A DNA stretch of 64,000 bases, taken from the NCBI GenBank assembly GCA_019828565.1, contig JAHDYR010000053.1:470214-534213 (forward strand), written 5' to 3'. The translations under genes were made by a program, and so were the position numbers. Below the pieces are notes generated by a model, which saw only the letters and a list, made by a program, of their open reading frames with translations, ran no database searches and was not told the origin of the DNA. Below, piece by piece: positions 52,730 to 63,632 of the stretch (position 1 is its first letter; the number at the start of each line of letters is the position of its first letter). The DNA comes from Carpediemonas membranifera BICM (Eukaryota; Protista; Fornicata).

Positions 52730-55700
52730 ATGGGCATCACACCTCAGTTGAGCACTGGGATGAGTTATACCAGTGAAGAGTTATGGTCTGATGGAAGGGC
52801 TGTTATCGTCGGCGTTCTAGTCGCCGTCATTTCGACCGCGATCATCTCTTGCTGTGGCTGTGGTGTTGCCGTTTACAAATATCGGTCCCGCCTAATCCAT
52901 TTTGCGAAGCGAATCTGGGCAGAGAAGAAGAATCCTGCTGGACGCCCAGACCCAGCCACTCAGCCAGCCCTCGACCCAGATCCAAATAGGACTCGAAGCG
53001 TCCTTGCTAAGCTCTCCACCGCTCTCGGTTGTTGTCGTATGCGTGCGCTCATTCGACACCGGGTCGATTTAATCAGCGCTCTTGCGTGCGAGTGGCTGAC
53101 GGAGACTGAACACGACGGGCCACTGATGGCCGAGCAGGCCAACGAGATCAAGCAATATGCTCGTAGTCTTACTAGGCTAACGCTAGCTAAAGGCTGGCCC
53201 GAGGACTGGCAGACTGTCGACGCCAAGAGGATCAACGAGCTGGACGAGTGCATCAACAAGTTCGCCGAGTCGCTTAACGATTCAAGGCGTGCCAAAGACG
53301 CCGCTCGGTCCGACTTCTACAGACTGGAGCTTTACTACTCACCCCCCGCTCTGTCTCCCCCTCTCGATCCCGACAAGTGTTACCAGCTCTACAATTTTGA
53401 TTTCCGAAAACTCTACAACATCGCGGACGAGTGCCAGGCTGGCAAAAATTTGGAGGTATTCAGGTCAACCCTGCCTCTTCGTGACATCACTAGCGCCGAC
53501 TATACCGGCCACGCCAAGTTCTACAGAGGTGTGTACTTCAAAGGGAAGGAGGGCAAGCTTACCAGCACGGATGTCAGTCTCGTTCCGGTCCTCATCAAAC
53601 TCCTCTCCGTACCTGGTGGTCTCGAGAATGAAGCGAGAGAAGAGTTGGCGCGCATGATCGATAACCGCATGTACTTTCCAGGAGCTCACCTATCCCCGTG
53701 GTACTACGCCGTTGGTAAGACCAAGGTGCTGTTGGTGTTCAATGACATCGTTCTTAACACCCCCAAGGCCAACGATTTCTACAACGACTGGCCTCGCCCG
53801 GCGGACAATGGCACCATTCCTGCGGGTGGATTGAGTGTGCCTCTCGTTGAGATCGACGCCGACGATTTAAGCCCTCCCGTCTCACCGAAATGGGGCGGAT
53901 CAACTGACAAGACTCGATTCCGGCGATCCGATGATATGCTCGGTAGTGGGTCCTATAAGATCGTATACAAGGCAAGGGATCACGAGGATTGTGTCGACGT
54001 GGCCTGGTGTGAGGTTAGGGTGAAAGACCCCAGTAATGAGCGCGAGACCGAGCGGATACACCGGGAGATGACGCTGCTGTCTACTCTTGTCCATCAGAAC
54101 ATCATCTCATACGTTGACAGCTGGACGGATGGTGACCACATCATTCTCATCACCGAGCTTATGTCTGGCACCCTGCGCCAGTACGTCATGCAGATGAAAG
54201 AGATCGGGTCCACTATAGAGGTCAGCGACATCGCCAAGCACTGTCGCCAGATCCTATTGGGCCTCAGCCACATGCACGGGCAGACGCCACCCATCATACA
54301 CCGCGACTTGAAGGGCGATAACATTTTAATCGACAGTAACCGCAGTGAGGTCAAGATCGGCGACTTCGGGGTCTCGCGCATCCTCGAGGAAACTCACGCC
54401 GAGACATTTGTTGGTACACCGCAATTCATGGCCCCTGAGATGTTTGTGGGGACATACGATGAAGGCGTCGACGTCTATTCGTTCGGGATGTGCGTCCTCG
54501 AGATGGCCACGGGCACGATTCCTTATGGAGAGTGCGGAAACTCGTTTCAAGTGTATGAGAAGGTCTCCCAGGGCATTCTTCCCGAATCACTAGCCACTGT
54601 CACAGACGCCACCGTCCGGGACTTCATCCAGCGCTGCCTTCTCCCGCGCGACACCCGCCCCTCCGTCGAAGACCTCGCCACCCACCCCCTCATGCTCGGC
54701 GACCGTCTGGAGGTCCAAGCGGACGGGACCTTTATTGTCACACTCAACCTGACCATCGCAGGCAAGCCTCGGGAAGTCGAGTTCTGGTTCGACGAGACGG
54801 AAGACAGAATTGAGAGTGTCGTCCAGCAGCGTTTGGCCGAGCTTCGTTTGAACGAGGCAGACTCTGACGTTGCGGCTGTCCGGATTCGTGCCGCCCTTCG
54901 TTGCCGCCCACAAGCTGGCATTGCTATGCCCCCACCCGTGGCCAACCTTGATCCTACAAACCTTGATCAGGCAGGTCTGATGGCGTTGCCTGACGGTGAT
55001 GATCGTATCAATGGCGTCGCCTTCCTGACGAACAACACCATGCTCACCGCAGCCGGTAGATATATCAAGCTTTGGGATCATGCAGGCAGGTGCATTGGTG
55101 GGCTGGATCAGTTCCGTTTTGTTTCCTGCATCGCTGTCTCCAAGAATGGGTTGATCGCATCAGGTGACGAGTCTGGCAAGGTATGCTTGTGGAAACCCGA
55201 TGGCCTGCCACTTAGGGTCTTCAAAGGACACACAGGGTATGTTACCGGCCTCGCCTTCTCCCCAGACGGCAAGACGCTGGTGTCCGGATCCTTGGACAAC
55301 AAGGTCAGGGTGTGGGACGTCTACAGCGACGAGTGCATGAAGTTGAAAGGGCACAAAAAATGTGTACTCTCCGTCGCTATCTCCCCTGACGGCAAGACTG
55401 TTATTTCTGGGTCCAGTGACATGACGATCAGGGTGTGGAAGTCATGCTCACGCAGTCTCGTGACGACTCTGAAGGGACACACTGATTGTGTTGCTAGCGT
55501 CGCCTTCTCGCCGGACGGTACACTGCTAGCCTCTGGATCGTACGACAAGACCATTAGACTCTGGGACACCAGGAACTGGAAGTGTGTCCGCGAACTCAAC
55601 GGCCATGATGCCCAGGTCTTCTGTGTCACCTTCTCACCTGACGGCAAGACCCTCGCCTCCGGGTCATGGGACCAGACGGTCAATCTGTGGGATACTGTGA

Positions 55701-55831
55701 GCCGCAAGTCCTTCAAGATAATTGGGTTTGATGACCTGGTCCTCAGCCTCGCCTTCTCCCCAGACGGGTCGACCCTGCTATGTGGGTTTGAGGAAGATAC
55801 GACCAAGCTGTGGCGACTCCCTCAATTGTAA
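52730..55831 (+). CDS. Membrane-anchored WNK-family kinase fused to a C-terminal WD40 propeller
   Basis: N-terminal TM (AVIVGVLVAVISTAIIS); LGSGSYKIVYK..VAWCE (WNK), IIHRDLKGDNI, KIGDFG, GTPQFMAPE; about 7 GH..V..VAFSPDG..LASGS.D repeats. Confidence 0.9.
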   Translation: MGITPQLSTGMSYTSEELWSDGRAVIVGVLVAVISTAIISCCGCGVAVYKYRSRLIHFAKRIWAEKKNPAGRPDPATQPALDPDPNRTRSVLAKLSTALGCCRMRALIRHRVDLISALACEWLTETEHDGPLMAEQANEIKQYARSLTRLTLAKGWPEDWQTVDAKRINELDECINKFAESLNDSRRAKDAARSDFYRLELYYSPPALSPPLDPDKCYQLYNFDFRKLYNIADECQAGKNLEVFRSTLPLRDITSADYTGHAKFYRGVYFKGKEGKLTSTDVSLVPVLIKLLSVPGGLENEAREELARMIDNRMYFPGAHLSPWYYAVGKTKVLLVFNDIVLNTPKANDFYNDWPRPADNGTIPAGGLSVPLVEIDADDLSPPVSPKWGGSTDKTRFRRSDDMLGSGSYKIVYKARDHEDCVDVAWCEVRVKDPSNERETERIHREMTLLSTLVHQNIISYVDSWTDGDHIILITELMSGTLRQYVMQMKEIGSTIEVSDIAKHCRQILLGLSHMHGQTPPIIHRDLKGDNILIDSNRSEVKIGDFGVSRILEETHAETFVGTPQFMAPEMFVGTYDEGVDVYSFGMCVLEMATGTIPYGECGNSFQVYEKVSQGILPESLATVTDATVRDFIQRCLLPRDTRPSVEDLATHPLMLGDRLEVQADGTFIVTLNLTIAGKPREVEFWFDETEDRIESVVQQRLAELRLNEADSDVAAVRIRAALRCRPQAGIAMPPPVANLDPTNLDQAGLMALPDGDDRINGVAFLTNNTMLTAAGRYIKLWDHAGRCIGGLDQFRFVSCIAVSKNGLIASGDESGKVCLWKPDGLPLRVFKGHTGYVTGLAFSPDGKTLVSGSLDNKVRVWDVYSDECMKLKGHKKCVLSVAISPDGKTVISGSSDMTIRVWKSCSRSLVTTLKGHTDCVASVAFSPDGTLLASGSYDKTIRLWDTRNWKCVRELNGHDAQVFCVTFSPDGKTLASGSWDQTVNLWDTVSRKSFKIIGFDDLVLSLAFSPDGSTLLCGFEEDTTKLWRLPQL

Positions 55832-56555
55832 CACAAATTTTTTGAACAAATGATTCTTGCTGTTGTGGTGTATTAATATAAGATTCTTTTGTTGTTCCGG
55901 CTGTTGGAAGGGCGAGATCCATCAGACACGAGCCGGGACGTTACCTGTTCTTTCAGATGCCGCTTGTTCGGTCTGCCTTCAAGTACCTTGATCCATATTT
56001 CTCTTTGACAGAGTTGTCAGCATCATGAATAGCGCCTTGTCTTAAGAGTTTATCAAAGACCCTCTCCGGCGCCGGCAGACACTCTGGCAAAGACCGACTG
56101 AGTTGACTCGAGGTACAGGTACCACACGAGGCCACCACACACCAACAATAGAGGAGTTGTCGCCCCTCCTTGAGTCTGATGTGACCAGCACGATACCGCT
56201 CGCTATCGCATCCAAGAACGAGCAAGTCTCGGCAACGACCTCATGAGTCGGACAGAGCATGTGTGTGTTTTATGTCCATTCAGCTTATATAATCTTCCTT
56301 GACCCTTGTCCATCGTGCCCATCTCTGATCAGAGGATGACGAATACGTAGCCGGGCCCACCGGTCGAACACTGACAGCGGCTCGACCGGGTATACAGGAG
56401 CGGGTTGTTGTTGCGCAGTATAAACATCGAAACATCGACCCTTGTTGTGCCACGCAGGATAAGAATACTTGAATCGAGCCAATCAGCAGCGCACCGGGGT
56501 CCGATACTCACGTCTCACACCTGCACACTCTCACATATTCTGCACCAACGAAACC

Positions 56556-57683
56556 ATGAGCGGCCGCTTCTCCAAGGCCGAACAAGCAAGTATACCGACA
56601 CTCTAATGACATAGGTTATTCAAGAACTGGATTCGACACTTCTTCGCTCCACTAGAGATGCTAGAACGTTGTCTTCAAGAGTTCATGACCTTAAAGACGG
56701 ACAGGAGGAGATTTGGCAAGAAATAGCACGCAGCAAGCGTTCAAACGCGCTTCTATCACGGCAACTACAAACAGCGGAGTCCAGAGCCTCCAAGGCATCC
56801 ATCTCCCGTCAGGCTGTCGAGAGCCGTGCAGCCAAGAGCGACGTCTTAGAGGACGAAATTGCAGCTTTGAAACGCACAATCGGTCTCATGAAGTCCACAG
56901 AAACGCGAGACTGCAGATTTGCGTCGTACCATTATCCACAAGCAACCCTATGACGAAGTCAAAAACAAGGAGGAAATTCGCAGGCTACGGTCTGTACTAC
57001 ACGGAAAGGGCAAGCTGGTCGACTACAGAGGAGTTAGAGGAGTCAAGCGTGAACTGACAACGATCAAGGACCAGAATGCCTCGATTACAGCCATGCTCGC
57101 CGACATCATGGACCGACGCGAAGGCAGAGGCAAGGAAACGACAGAGGAGGACGACGTGGAGCTCTTCATCAACGGGGCCGTGTTCATCGGCCGTTCAGTC
57201 GTCCAGCTGACGGAGACGTTGGCCTCGAGTGTGAACGACATCATCGCGGATGCCAAGGCTGAGGGCAGCAGGTCGGCCCTGTCCAAGGGGATGAAGGAGA
57301 TCAACGCCCAGATCGAGGAGTGTCAGGCCAAGGCCCGGGCCGCGCTGGAGGATGTCTTGAACGCCGCCACCACCGCACTAGACGGGGATCAGCTGAGCAA
57401 GCTGGACATGCTTGGTACAGAGGTCGACCTCAGCCCGACTCGACGACTCGCCAGTGTACATAGAATGAGCCAGCGGGTTGGGTCGATTCAACAGAAGTCT
57501 GCGGCGGAGGGATGGTCGAGTGGGAGGAAGATGCACCTGTCGCTGCTTGAGGAGGACGACGGAGAGTATGAGAGGGTGAGACCGAGGCGGAGTCGTGCTC
57601 ATCGGCCCTCGAGGTCTTCGTCGTCTCGAGAGCACCGTTCGTCGAGAAGACACGAGCTTGATATTCAGGACTTGGCAATATGA
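56556..57683 (+). CDS. Coiled-coil protein; GC-AG intron 56586-56614 and an unresolved +1 frame change near 56890-56940
   Basis: MSGRFSKAEQ joins ORF 56669 only via GCAAGT..CTAAT..TAG; ORF 56919-57683 continues in another frame. Confidence 0.55.
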
Positions 57684-57789
57684 GTGGTGTAGCCATGCGC
57701 TGCTTTTGTGCATTTACTTGATTTACGGTGGTCATGTATCGATGGGACTGGGCTGACGAAATGCCACGTCATGCGACAACTGGATACTG

Positions 57790-59274
57790 ATGGCCGTTGG
57801 GCGGCTAACCAGCACTCTATTCCTCTTCACTTTGTTGATATGTCTTGTTATTGCCGAAGAAACTGTTTCTAGTCTTGTTACGGAAGCAAGCGCGGCAATT
57901 GATGCCCGAAGGTTCGACACAGCCGAGACACTGTACTCAAGGGCAATCAAGCTCGACGAGGAGCATGCTGGCGTCCTCTACTGCCAGCGTGCGCTCACTC
58001 GCCGCGTCCAGCAGAACTACGAGGGCGCCTTGTCTGATCTCGACACCTGCCTGGCCGATAAGGGCCTGTCGGACAGAGATTATGTATACTACCAGCTCAA
58101 GCAGCACTGCGAGGTTCTTCTAGCCACTGGAAACGTTGACCGTGCCCTTCGCGAGCTCAAGAGCCTGAAGAAGTTCGAACTATCCTCTGCCGAGCAGCAG
58201 CGCAAGACCGACCTTCAGAGCAGAATCGAGGCCGCCAGAAAGATCAAGAAGCGCCTCCCATCCGCTGATCTTGCTGCTGTCAAGGAGCTCCTCACCCTCA
58301 CGCCGTACGACCTCAAGCTGCTCAACCAGCTCTGCGCCAAGGCTATTGAGGCCAAGAATACGGCCCTGCTAGTTGAAGTATCCCGCAAAATGATCGATTC
58401 ATTCCCGGGAGACGGGCAGGCCATGCTCTACGGGGCGCAGGGCAAGATGCTCTTGGGGGACGTGCAGTCAGCGTACAAGCTTGCTCGAAGGGCGATGGAC
58501 CTCGATCCTGACAACAGCGATTATCTCAAGATCTTTAGACCCATCACTCAGACCAAACGTAAGCTTGACAAGATCGCCAAGGCTATGGAATCCGGCAAGT
58601 ACGATCTTGTGGTCAACGAATCTTTTGAGGGGCCAGACATCATCAAGATCTCGGTCGAACGGTCACGCTGCCAGGCAGCAGTGAAGTCGAAGCACAGCGG
58701 CGCCGTCTCCATTTGTACCGCCGCTCACCGCCTTGCCGAGCGTCTTCGCGACACCGAGGCCATCATCGAGATTCTTCTCGAGCGTTCCACTGCGTATGAG
58801 AACGCAGACGACCTCGACAGTGCCATCGCCGACGTCCAGACCGTCCTCCAGCACGACCAGACCCACGCCACCGCCCGGGACCGCCTATCCTCGCTCCAGA
58901 CAGCCAAGCAGCTTGCAGACCGGGTCGACCACTACAAGGTGCTGGGGGTGAGTCGGGGCGATGACGACAAGACGATCAAGCGGGCGTACAAGAAGCTGGC
59001 GATGAAGTACCATCCTGACCGGGCTGAGACCGACGAGCAGCGGACCGAGTTCACAGTCAAGTTCCAGGAGATCGGGCAGGCGTACGAGATCCTCTCTGAT
59101 CCGGAGAAACGCGCAGCTTATGACCGCGGTGACGACTTGAACCAGGGTGGCCCTGGCGGTTTCCCCGGTGGTTTCCCAGGCGGATTCCCTGGGTTCCCAG
59201 GCGGGTTCCAGTTCTTCTCATCATCGGGCCCTCAGGACGCTGGGAGTCAGGGGTTCCGGTTCCAATTCAGATGA
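57790..59274 (+). CDS. DNAJC3: ER DnaJ co-chaperone DNAJC3/P58IPK-like
   Basis: Signal peptide, TPRs, J domain with HPD, GGFP repeats, FRFQF end. Confidence 0.88.
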   Translation: MAVGRLTSTLFLFTLLICLVIAEETVSSLVTEASAAIDARRFDTAETLYSRAIKLDEEHAGVLYCQRALTRRVQQNYEGALSDLDTCLADKGLSDRDYVYYQLKQHCEVLLATGNVDRALRELKSLKKFELSSAEQQRKTDLQSRIEAARKIKKRLPSADLAAVKELLTLTPYDLKLLNQLCAKAIEAKNTALLVEVSRKMIDSFPGDGQAMLYGAQGKMLLGDVQSAYKLARRAMDLDPDNSDYLKIFRPITQTKRKLDKIAKAMESGKYDLVVNESFEGPDIIKISVERSRCQAAVKSKHSGAVSICTAAHRLAERLRDTEAIIEILLERSTAYENADDLDSAIADVQTVLQHDQTHATARDRLSSLQTAKQLADRVDHYKVLGVSRGDDDKTIKRAYKKLAMKYHPDRAETDEQRTEFTVKFQEIGQAYEILSDPEKRAAYDRGDDLNQGGPGGFPGGFPGGFPGFPGGFQFFSSSGPQDAGSQGFRFQFR

Positions 59275-59763
59275 AGACGCACGAATGTTGCTGGTGATTG
59301 AAGTAAAGATGGGGCATGGGATGTTCGCTGGGTGTGTCTGATTGGATACCGTGTTTTTTGAGATCAGATTTTGTTGACCGACAGTCTCAAATCTTCTCTC
59401 GCAAAATAGACCATTCTTGACCGACAGATCAATCTGTTGAACGATAATACGTGGGGCGCTGTGGAGCCGTAAAAATGAGCAGATCGGGTGGTAGGCGGAT
59501 TGCAGACGATGGACACAAATGATCCAAAGATCGAACCGCGATTTGCCCGATTCGATCCGCAATCCGAATTTTTGTGATACAGGCAGTGGGTGACCGCCGT
59601 GGCTGAGACACGGTCTAGCAGATCCTGTGACCCTCTTCTATATCTGTGAATAGATTTAGCTGCGATCGTGACCGTCTCAAACCACTTTAAATGGCTTTTT
59701 ACGGCGCTTCTTCCACGAGGTCAAAAATCTCAGAAAACCGCGCAAAGCGAGAGATAATGCGCG

Positions 59764-60903
59764 ATGATGCTGAATTCACCGACCTCCTGTGGCTTTGGTA
59801 GCCTAATTGATGTCGCTGATGATGCAATGTCCACTGATGACTATCAAGCGCGTTCCGTCAACGCAGAACCGATATATATCGGCCCAATCCCACACGACGA
59901 GAGCATGGATGATCTAGAGATTGAGTTCAGTGCAATGTCTCTTCCGGAGGATCAGATCGATTCTTTCCAGCCCCATGTCCACGTCTCCTCCCCCCTCTCG
60001 TCCGACTCCTTCCCCATACTCCCCCCAGAGCATGCCTCAGCCCACTTCCAGCCCCACTTCGCTGAGCCACTCAGCTCTTTCCAGCCCATGGTCCATGTGC
60101 CAGCCGTATCCTCCCCCCTCTCCATGGAGGACAGCCCCGCCTTCCCGGAGCCCCAGGGAACTCAACTCCAGCCCCCGCTGTTCCAGCCATACTTTACCGA
60201 CTCCTCCTCCTTCCAGCCGGCAGTACACGTGGCCTCGGTCGGTTCCATGGGGCACTTTCCCATGTCGCTGCAGACTTCATCCGCACCAACCACGCAGTTC
60301 CAGCCGCACTTCGGGGACCATCCCTCGAGGACCCTGTACGTCCAGCACTCGGCGATAGGAATGCTATCAGTTGATGAGATCCAGCAGCTCTTCGGTCAGT
60401 TCGGCGACATCAGAGCGGTGTTCACCGAGTGTGCCTCCCAGGGATACGTCCTCGTCTCCTATTACGACATTCGACACGCCAAGGCCGCTGTGCGCCGTCT
60501 CTCGGGCTTCCGGTACCGGAACATTCGCCTCGACATCCACTACTCCATTCCGGTCGGCATCGAGGCGCTCCAGAACCAAGGGACAATCGTCGTCTTCAAC
60601 CTCGACCCAGCCAGCACGAACGAGGAGCTGGCGCGGCTGTTTGGGGACTACGGCGAGCTCAAGGAGATCAGGGAGACTCCCAACAAGAAGCACCACAAGT
60701 TTATCGAGTTTTTCGACGTCAGGCACGCAGACGCGGCCATGGCCGGCCTAAACAAGCGCGAGATCAGGGGAAAGCGCATCAAGATCGAGCCCAGCCGACC
60801 CGGCGGGGCCCGTAGGAACATGGTGCAGCGGGTGCAACCATCAGGCCCCCGCCCCAGTGTACAGGTGCGGCACGTCGACGGGGTCCTGCCTCGGTGGGAC
60901 TAG
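59764..60903 (+). CDS. Mei2-like RRM protein (RRM1 and RRM2 only)
   Basis: PSRTL, YYDIRHA, LDIHYSIP, NQGTIVVFNLD, EIRETPNKKHHKFIEFFDVR, IKIEPSRPGG. Confidence 0.88.
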   Translation: MMLNSPTSCGFGSLIDVADDAMSTDDYQARSVNAEPIYIGPIPHDESMDDLEIEFSAMSLPEDQIDSFQPHVHVSSPLSSDSFPILPPEHASAHFQPHFAEPLSSFQPMVHVPAVSSPLSMEDSPAFPEPQGTQLQPPLFQPYFTDSSSFQPAVHVASVGSMGHFPMSLQTSSAPTTQFQPHFGDHPSRTLYVQHSAIGMLSVDEIQQLFGQFGDIRAVFTECASQGYVLVSYYDIRHAKAAVRRLSGFRYRNIRLDIHYSIPVGIEALQNQGTIVVFNLDPASTNEELARLFGDYGELKEIRETPNKKHHKFIEFFDVRHADAAMAGLNKREIRGKRIKIEPSRPGGARRNMVQRVQPSGPRPSVQVRHVDGVLPRWD

Positions 60904-61048
60904 TATATAGTTAATAATGATTATAAACGGTTGATTGCGGTATTCAGCGCGTCAGTTGGTCAGAGATGATGGGCTTGTCGTCGTGGTTGGTTGGGTTTGT
61001 GACAGGGGGGTAGACGAAAACAACAACGAATGATCAGGCCAGCTTTAC

Positions 61049-61552
61049 TTAGGCGATGGGCACGGTGGTGATGGTGCTCTCCTGGGGCGTCGTCTTGGGG
61101 AAGGCCATCGTCAGGACGCCGTTCTCGTGGCGAGCGGTGCAGTTCTTGCCATCGACGTTGCCGGGCAGCTGGACGCAGCGGCGGTAGGAGCCGGCCTGAC
61201 GCTCCATCAGGAAGTAGTTGGCCGTCTCGTCGCGGCGCTCGGTCTCCTGGCGCGTCTCGATCGTGAGAACGTTCTCGGCGGTCACGTTGACGGTGATGTC
61301 ATCCTTGGAGATGCCGGGCAGTTCCACCTGGACGGTGAGGTTCTTGTCGTCCTCGGTGATGTCCATGACGGGGCGCGAGATCGTGAGCGAGCGCTGCATG
61401 GGCTTGGCGGAGCGGTTGGCAATGCTCAGAGACTCGGGGCGGCGCATCAGCGAGCGGCGGTCCTGGTGGGGGCGCTGGTGCGTCCAGTCCTGGAAGACGT
61501 GCTCAAAAGGCTGCTGGAAGTCCTGGAAGAAGTCAGAGAGATCGGAAAACAT
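61049..61552 (-). CDS. Small heat-shock protein (HSP20/alpha-crystallin domain)
   Basis: MDITEDD, ELPGISKDDI.V, ER..GSY.R..LP..VD, ENGVLT. Confidence 0.95.
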   Translation of the reverse strand: MFSDLSDFFQDFQQPFEHVFQDWTHQRPHQDRRSLMRRPESLSIANRSAKPMQRSLTISRPVMDITEDDKNLTVQVELPGISKDDITVNVTAENVLTIETRQETERRDETANYFLMERQAGSYRRCVQLPGNVDGKNCTARHENGVLTMAFPKTTPQESTITTVPIA

Positions 61553-61770
61553 GTTTTGGCAAACTTTGCTGCTCAAGCGTGGATTGTGCCAGTGACATGC
61601 TTGTCGTGGTTACTTTTGAGACGCTGTAGAGCGCTGTAGGTCAAAATGACATGTGCTTGGCCTAAAAGTGCGAAATCGTAAAAATTGCCCAGATCTCTCA
61701 CCGGCCTTTCCGCCGCTCGACACAGCCGCCCTTCTACCACAGGCCTCTATTTCAACCCAACCACGCTGCT

Positions 61771-62838
61771 TTACCTCGTCCGGCTCTTCCCGAAGCTCGT
61801 ACTTGTATGAGTCTTCCCCGACGACCCAGAGCTGCTCTTCGTCTTATTCTTTGTCTTCGCGTCCTTCACCACAGTCTTGACCACAGTTCTCGTCTTATTC
61901 CTCCACGTCGGCCTGTCTCTCACGACAACTGTCGGACCAAACAGACTTGGCCGGCTAAACATGCCCCAGCCCCATGTGGGGGTGCCCCAGGCTGAGCCCC
62001 AGCGGTGCCATGGCTTGGGGTAGTGGTGGTAGTGGTGCACCTGCGGGTCGGGTGTCGGGGCCGGCTCCGCGTACCTAGCCTGGGGCTGGGGCCGCGGTTG
62101 GGGCTGGGGCGGGGTGTTGGAAGCATGGTTCTGGTTGCCGTATGAGGGGCTCGGCTCGGTGCTGACGTACGGTCCCGTATAGTCTTGACCTTGGGCCCGG
62201 CCTGGCTCTTCGGGGTAGAACTCGGACGCCTGGGGGGCTGAAGGCGGGGCGAGGGGTTCTTCAGAGACAGGCTGGCGCCTGCGTCTCTCCTTGAAGAATC
62301 GGATGAGCTTCCGGACAACGAAGATGGTCAGCACAATCATGACCACTCTCTTGATGATGGGAAAGAAGTAGTGCTCGCGGTCTACATCGTCTATAGCTGT
62401 GGACATATACATTTTAGCCTGCCCCTTTCCCTTGGCGGGGCGGCCGTTCAGCTCATACTCGATGTTGCAAGACCCGGGGACAATCCTCGAGTCACTCGGA
62501 CCCGACCAGCCCTCGCAGATGATCTCAAACCTACCGAGTTCGACTCCTTGTGGGAGTTGGGCCGAGCAGCGCCAGTTGACGTTGTTCCGGTCATCCGTGC
62601 CGACGTTTGTGCATTGGATTGACGATGGAGCGAACTTGGTGCCCTTGGGCGTGGTTCCGCCAGTGCGGACCAAAGAGGGGAATGTCTTGCCGCGAATAGA
62701 GGCGGTTGTTTCGCCATCAATGAACGTCAGTGCGTCGATGGTGCGCAAATCGACGGGCTGAAGGCCACTGTTAAACCTTCGCGCCAGAACCATAGCTGTT
62801 AGCAGTAGCAGGATCGATAGCTGCACGTTTAACTGCAT
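61771..62838 (-). CDS. SARAF: SARAF/TMEM66 (SOCE-associated regulatory factor)-like
   Basis: Signal peptide; IQCTNVG.D..NWRC.AQL, CEGW..P.D..VPGSC.IEYEL; TM; terminal TSTSFGKSRTR. Confidence 0.85.
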   Translation of the reverse strand: MQLNVQLSILLLLTAMVLARRFNSGLQPVDLRTIDALTFIDGETTASIRGKTFPSLVRTGGTTPKGTKFAPSSIQCTNVGTDDRNNVNWRCSAQLPQGVELGRFEIICEGWSGPSDSRIVPGSCNIEYELNGRPAKGKGQAKMYMSTAIDDVDREHYFFPIIKRVVMIVLTIFVVRKLIRFFKERRRRQPVSEEPLAPPSAPQASEFYPEEPGRAQGQDYTGPYVSTEPSPSYGNQNHASNTPPQPQPRPQPQARYAEPAPTPDPQVHHYHHYPKPWHRWGSAWGTPTWGWGMFSRPSLFGPTVVVRDRPTWRNKTRTVVKTVVKDAKTKNKTKSSSGSSGKTHTSTSFGKSRTR

Positions 62839-62906
62839 TCTTTGTTGTGGCTCGATGACGTGGCATCCATGTCATCGCCAAGGATAGACGGAGATTTTTG
62901 ACTCAA

Positions 62907-63554
62907 CTAACGCTCCTCCCATGCCTTATGCGCCGCCTCGAGCGCCCTCTCAGTCTCTAGCCTTCCGCGGATTGCCCCTTCGAGCGAGTTGAGGCCCTTG
63001 CCCTCGGCGACCTTGTAATGCACGAACCAACGCTTCAGCCGGTTCAGTAAACCAGGGAATAACGCCTCCACATCCTCAGTATCGTCCATCAGACGTGCCA
63101 GCTTGTGATCTATGTCTACCGCTACACACTTCCAGTCAGACTCGCCGCAGTCAACCAGTGGGATCGAACAAAGCGGCTTAACCTGCACGACATCGCCAGT
63201 CGACGGGGCAGGGACGGCGTCTGAGATACAGAGACAGTCCATCGGGTCGGCATCTCCTGGGAAGGCACTGCCGCGGGGCGAGACGAACTTGGTCTGCGGG
63301 AACGAACCATACGCCAGTGGTATGGGGCCGTATTTGTAGAACCGTGGCGTTCCTATCGATGTTGGACTCATATTAATCATGTCTTGGCGGATATCTTCTT
63401 CGTTTGCCTCCATTTTGGCGGTATGATGCTGTGGTATCTCAATGAGGCAGTTCTTGGCCCCGTCAACGAGTGCTTGGAGAGGTATATCGTTGATTGGCGA
63501 TATGGCGTGCAGAGTTGTTGGCGAGAGCAGCTGAATTCGCTTAACCAGGTCCAT
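62907..63554 (-). CDS. Family I soluble inorganic pyrophosphatase
   Basis: EIP..AKME, YGSFPQT, GDADPMD, D.GESDWK, WF..YK..EGK..N. Confidence 0.92.
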   Translation of the reverse strand: MDLVKRIQLLSPTTLHAISPINDIPLQALVDGAKNCLIEIPQHHTAKMEANEEDIRQDMINMSPTSIGTPRFYKYGPIPLAYGSFPQTKFVSPRGSAFPGDADPMDCLCISDAVPAPSTGDVVQVKPLCSIPLVDCGESDWKCVAVDIDHKLARLMDDTEDVEALFPGLLNRLKRWFVHYKVAEGKGLNSLEGAIRGRLETERALEAAHKAWEER

Positions 63555-63632
63555 TCAGGCCGAGTCAAGGCGAATCCAAACACGCCCAGGATGACGATAA
63601 CAGCCTGCTACGGCGGCGGAAGGGCGACACGC

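Noticed and set aside
55200-55790. Periodic repeats as a CRISPR-like array
   Set aside because: They are in-frame WD40 coding repeats; no repeat-spacer array was seen in the window
59147-59208. GGTTTCCC-like tandem repeat
   Set aside because: It encodes the GGFP repeats of the DnaJ G/F-rich tail
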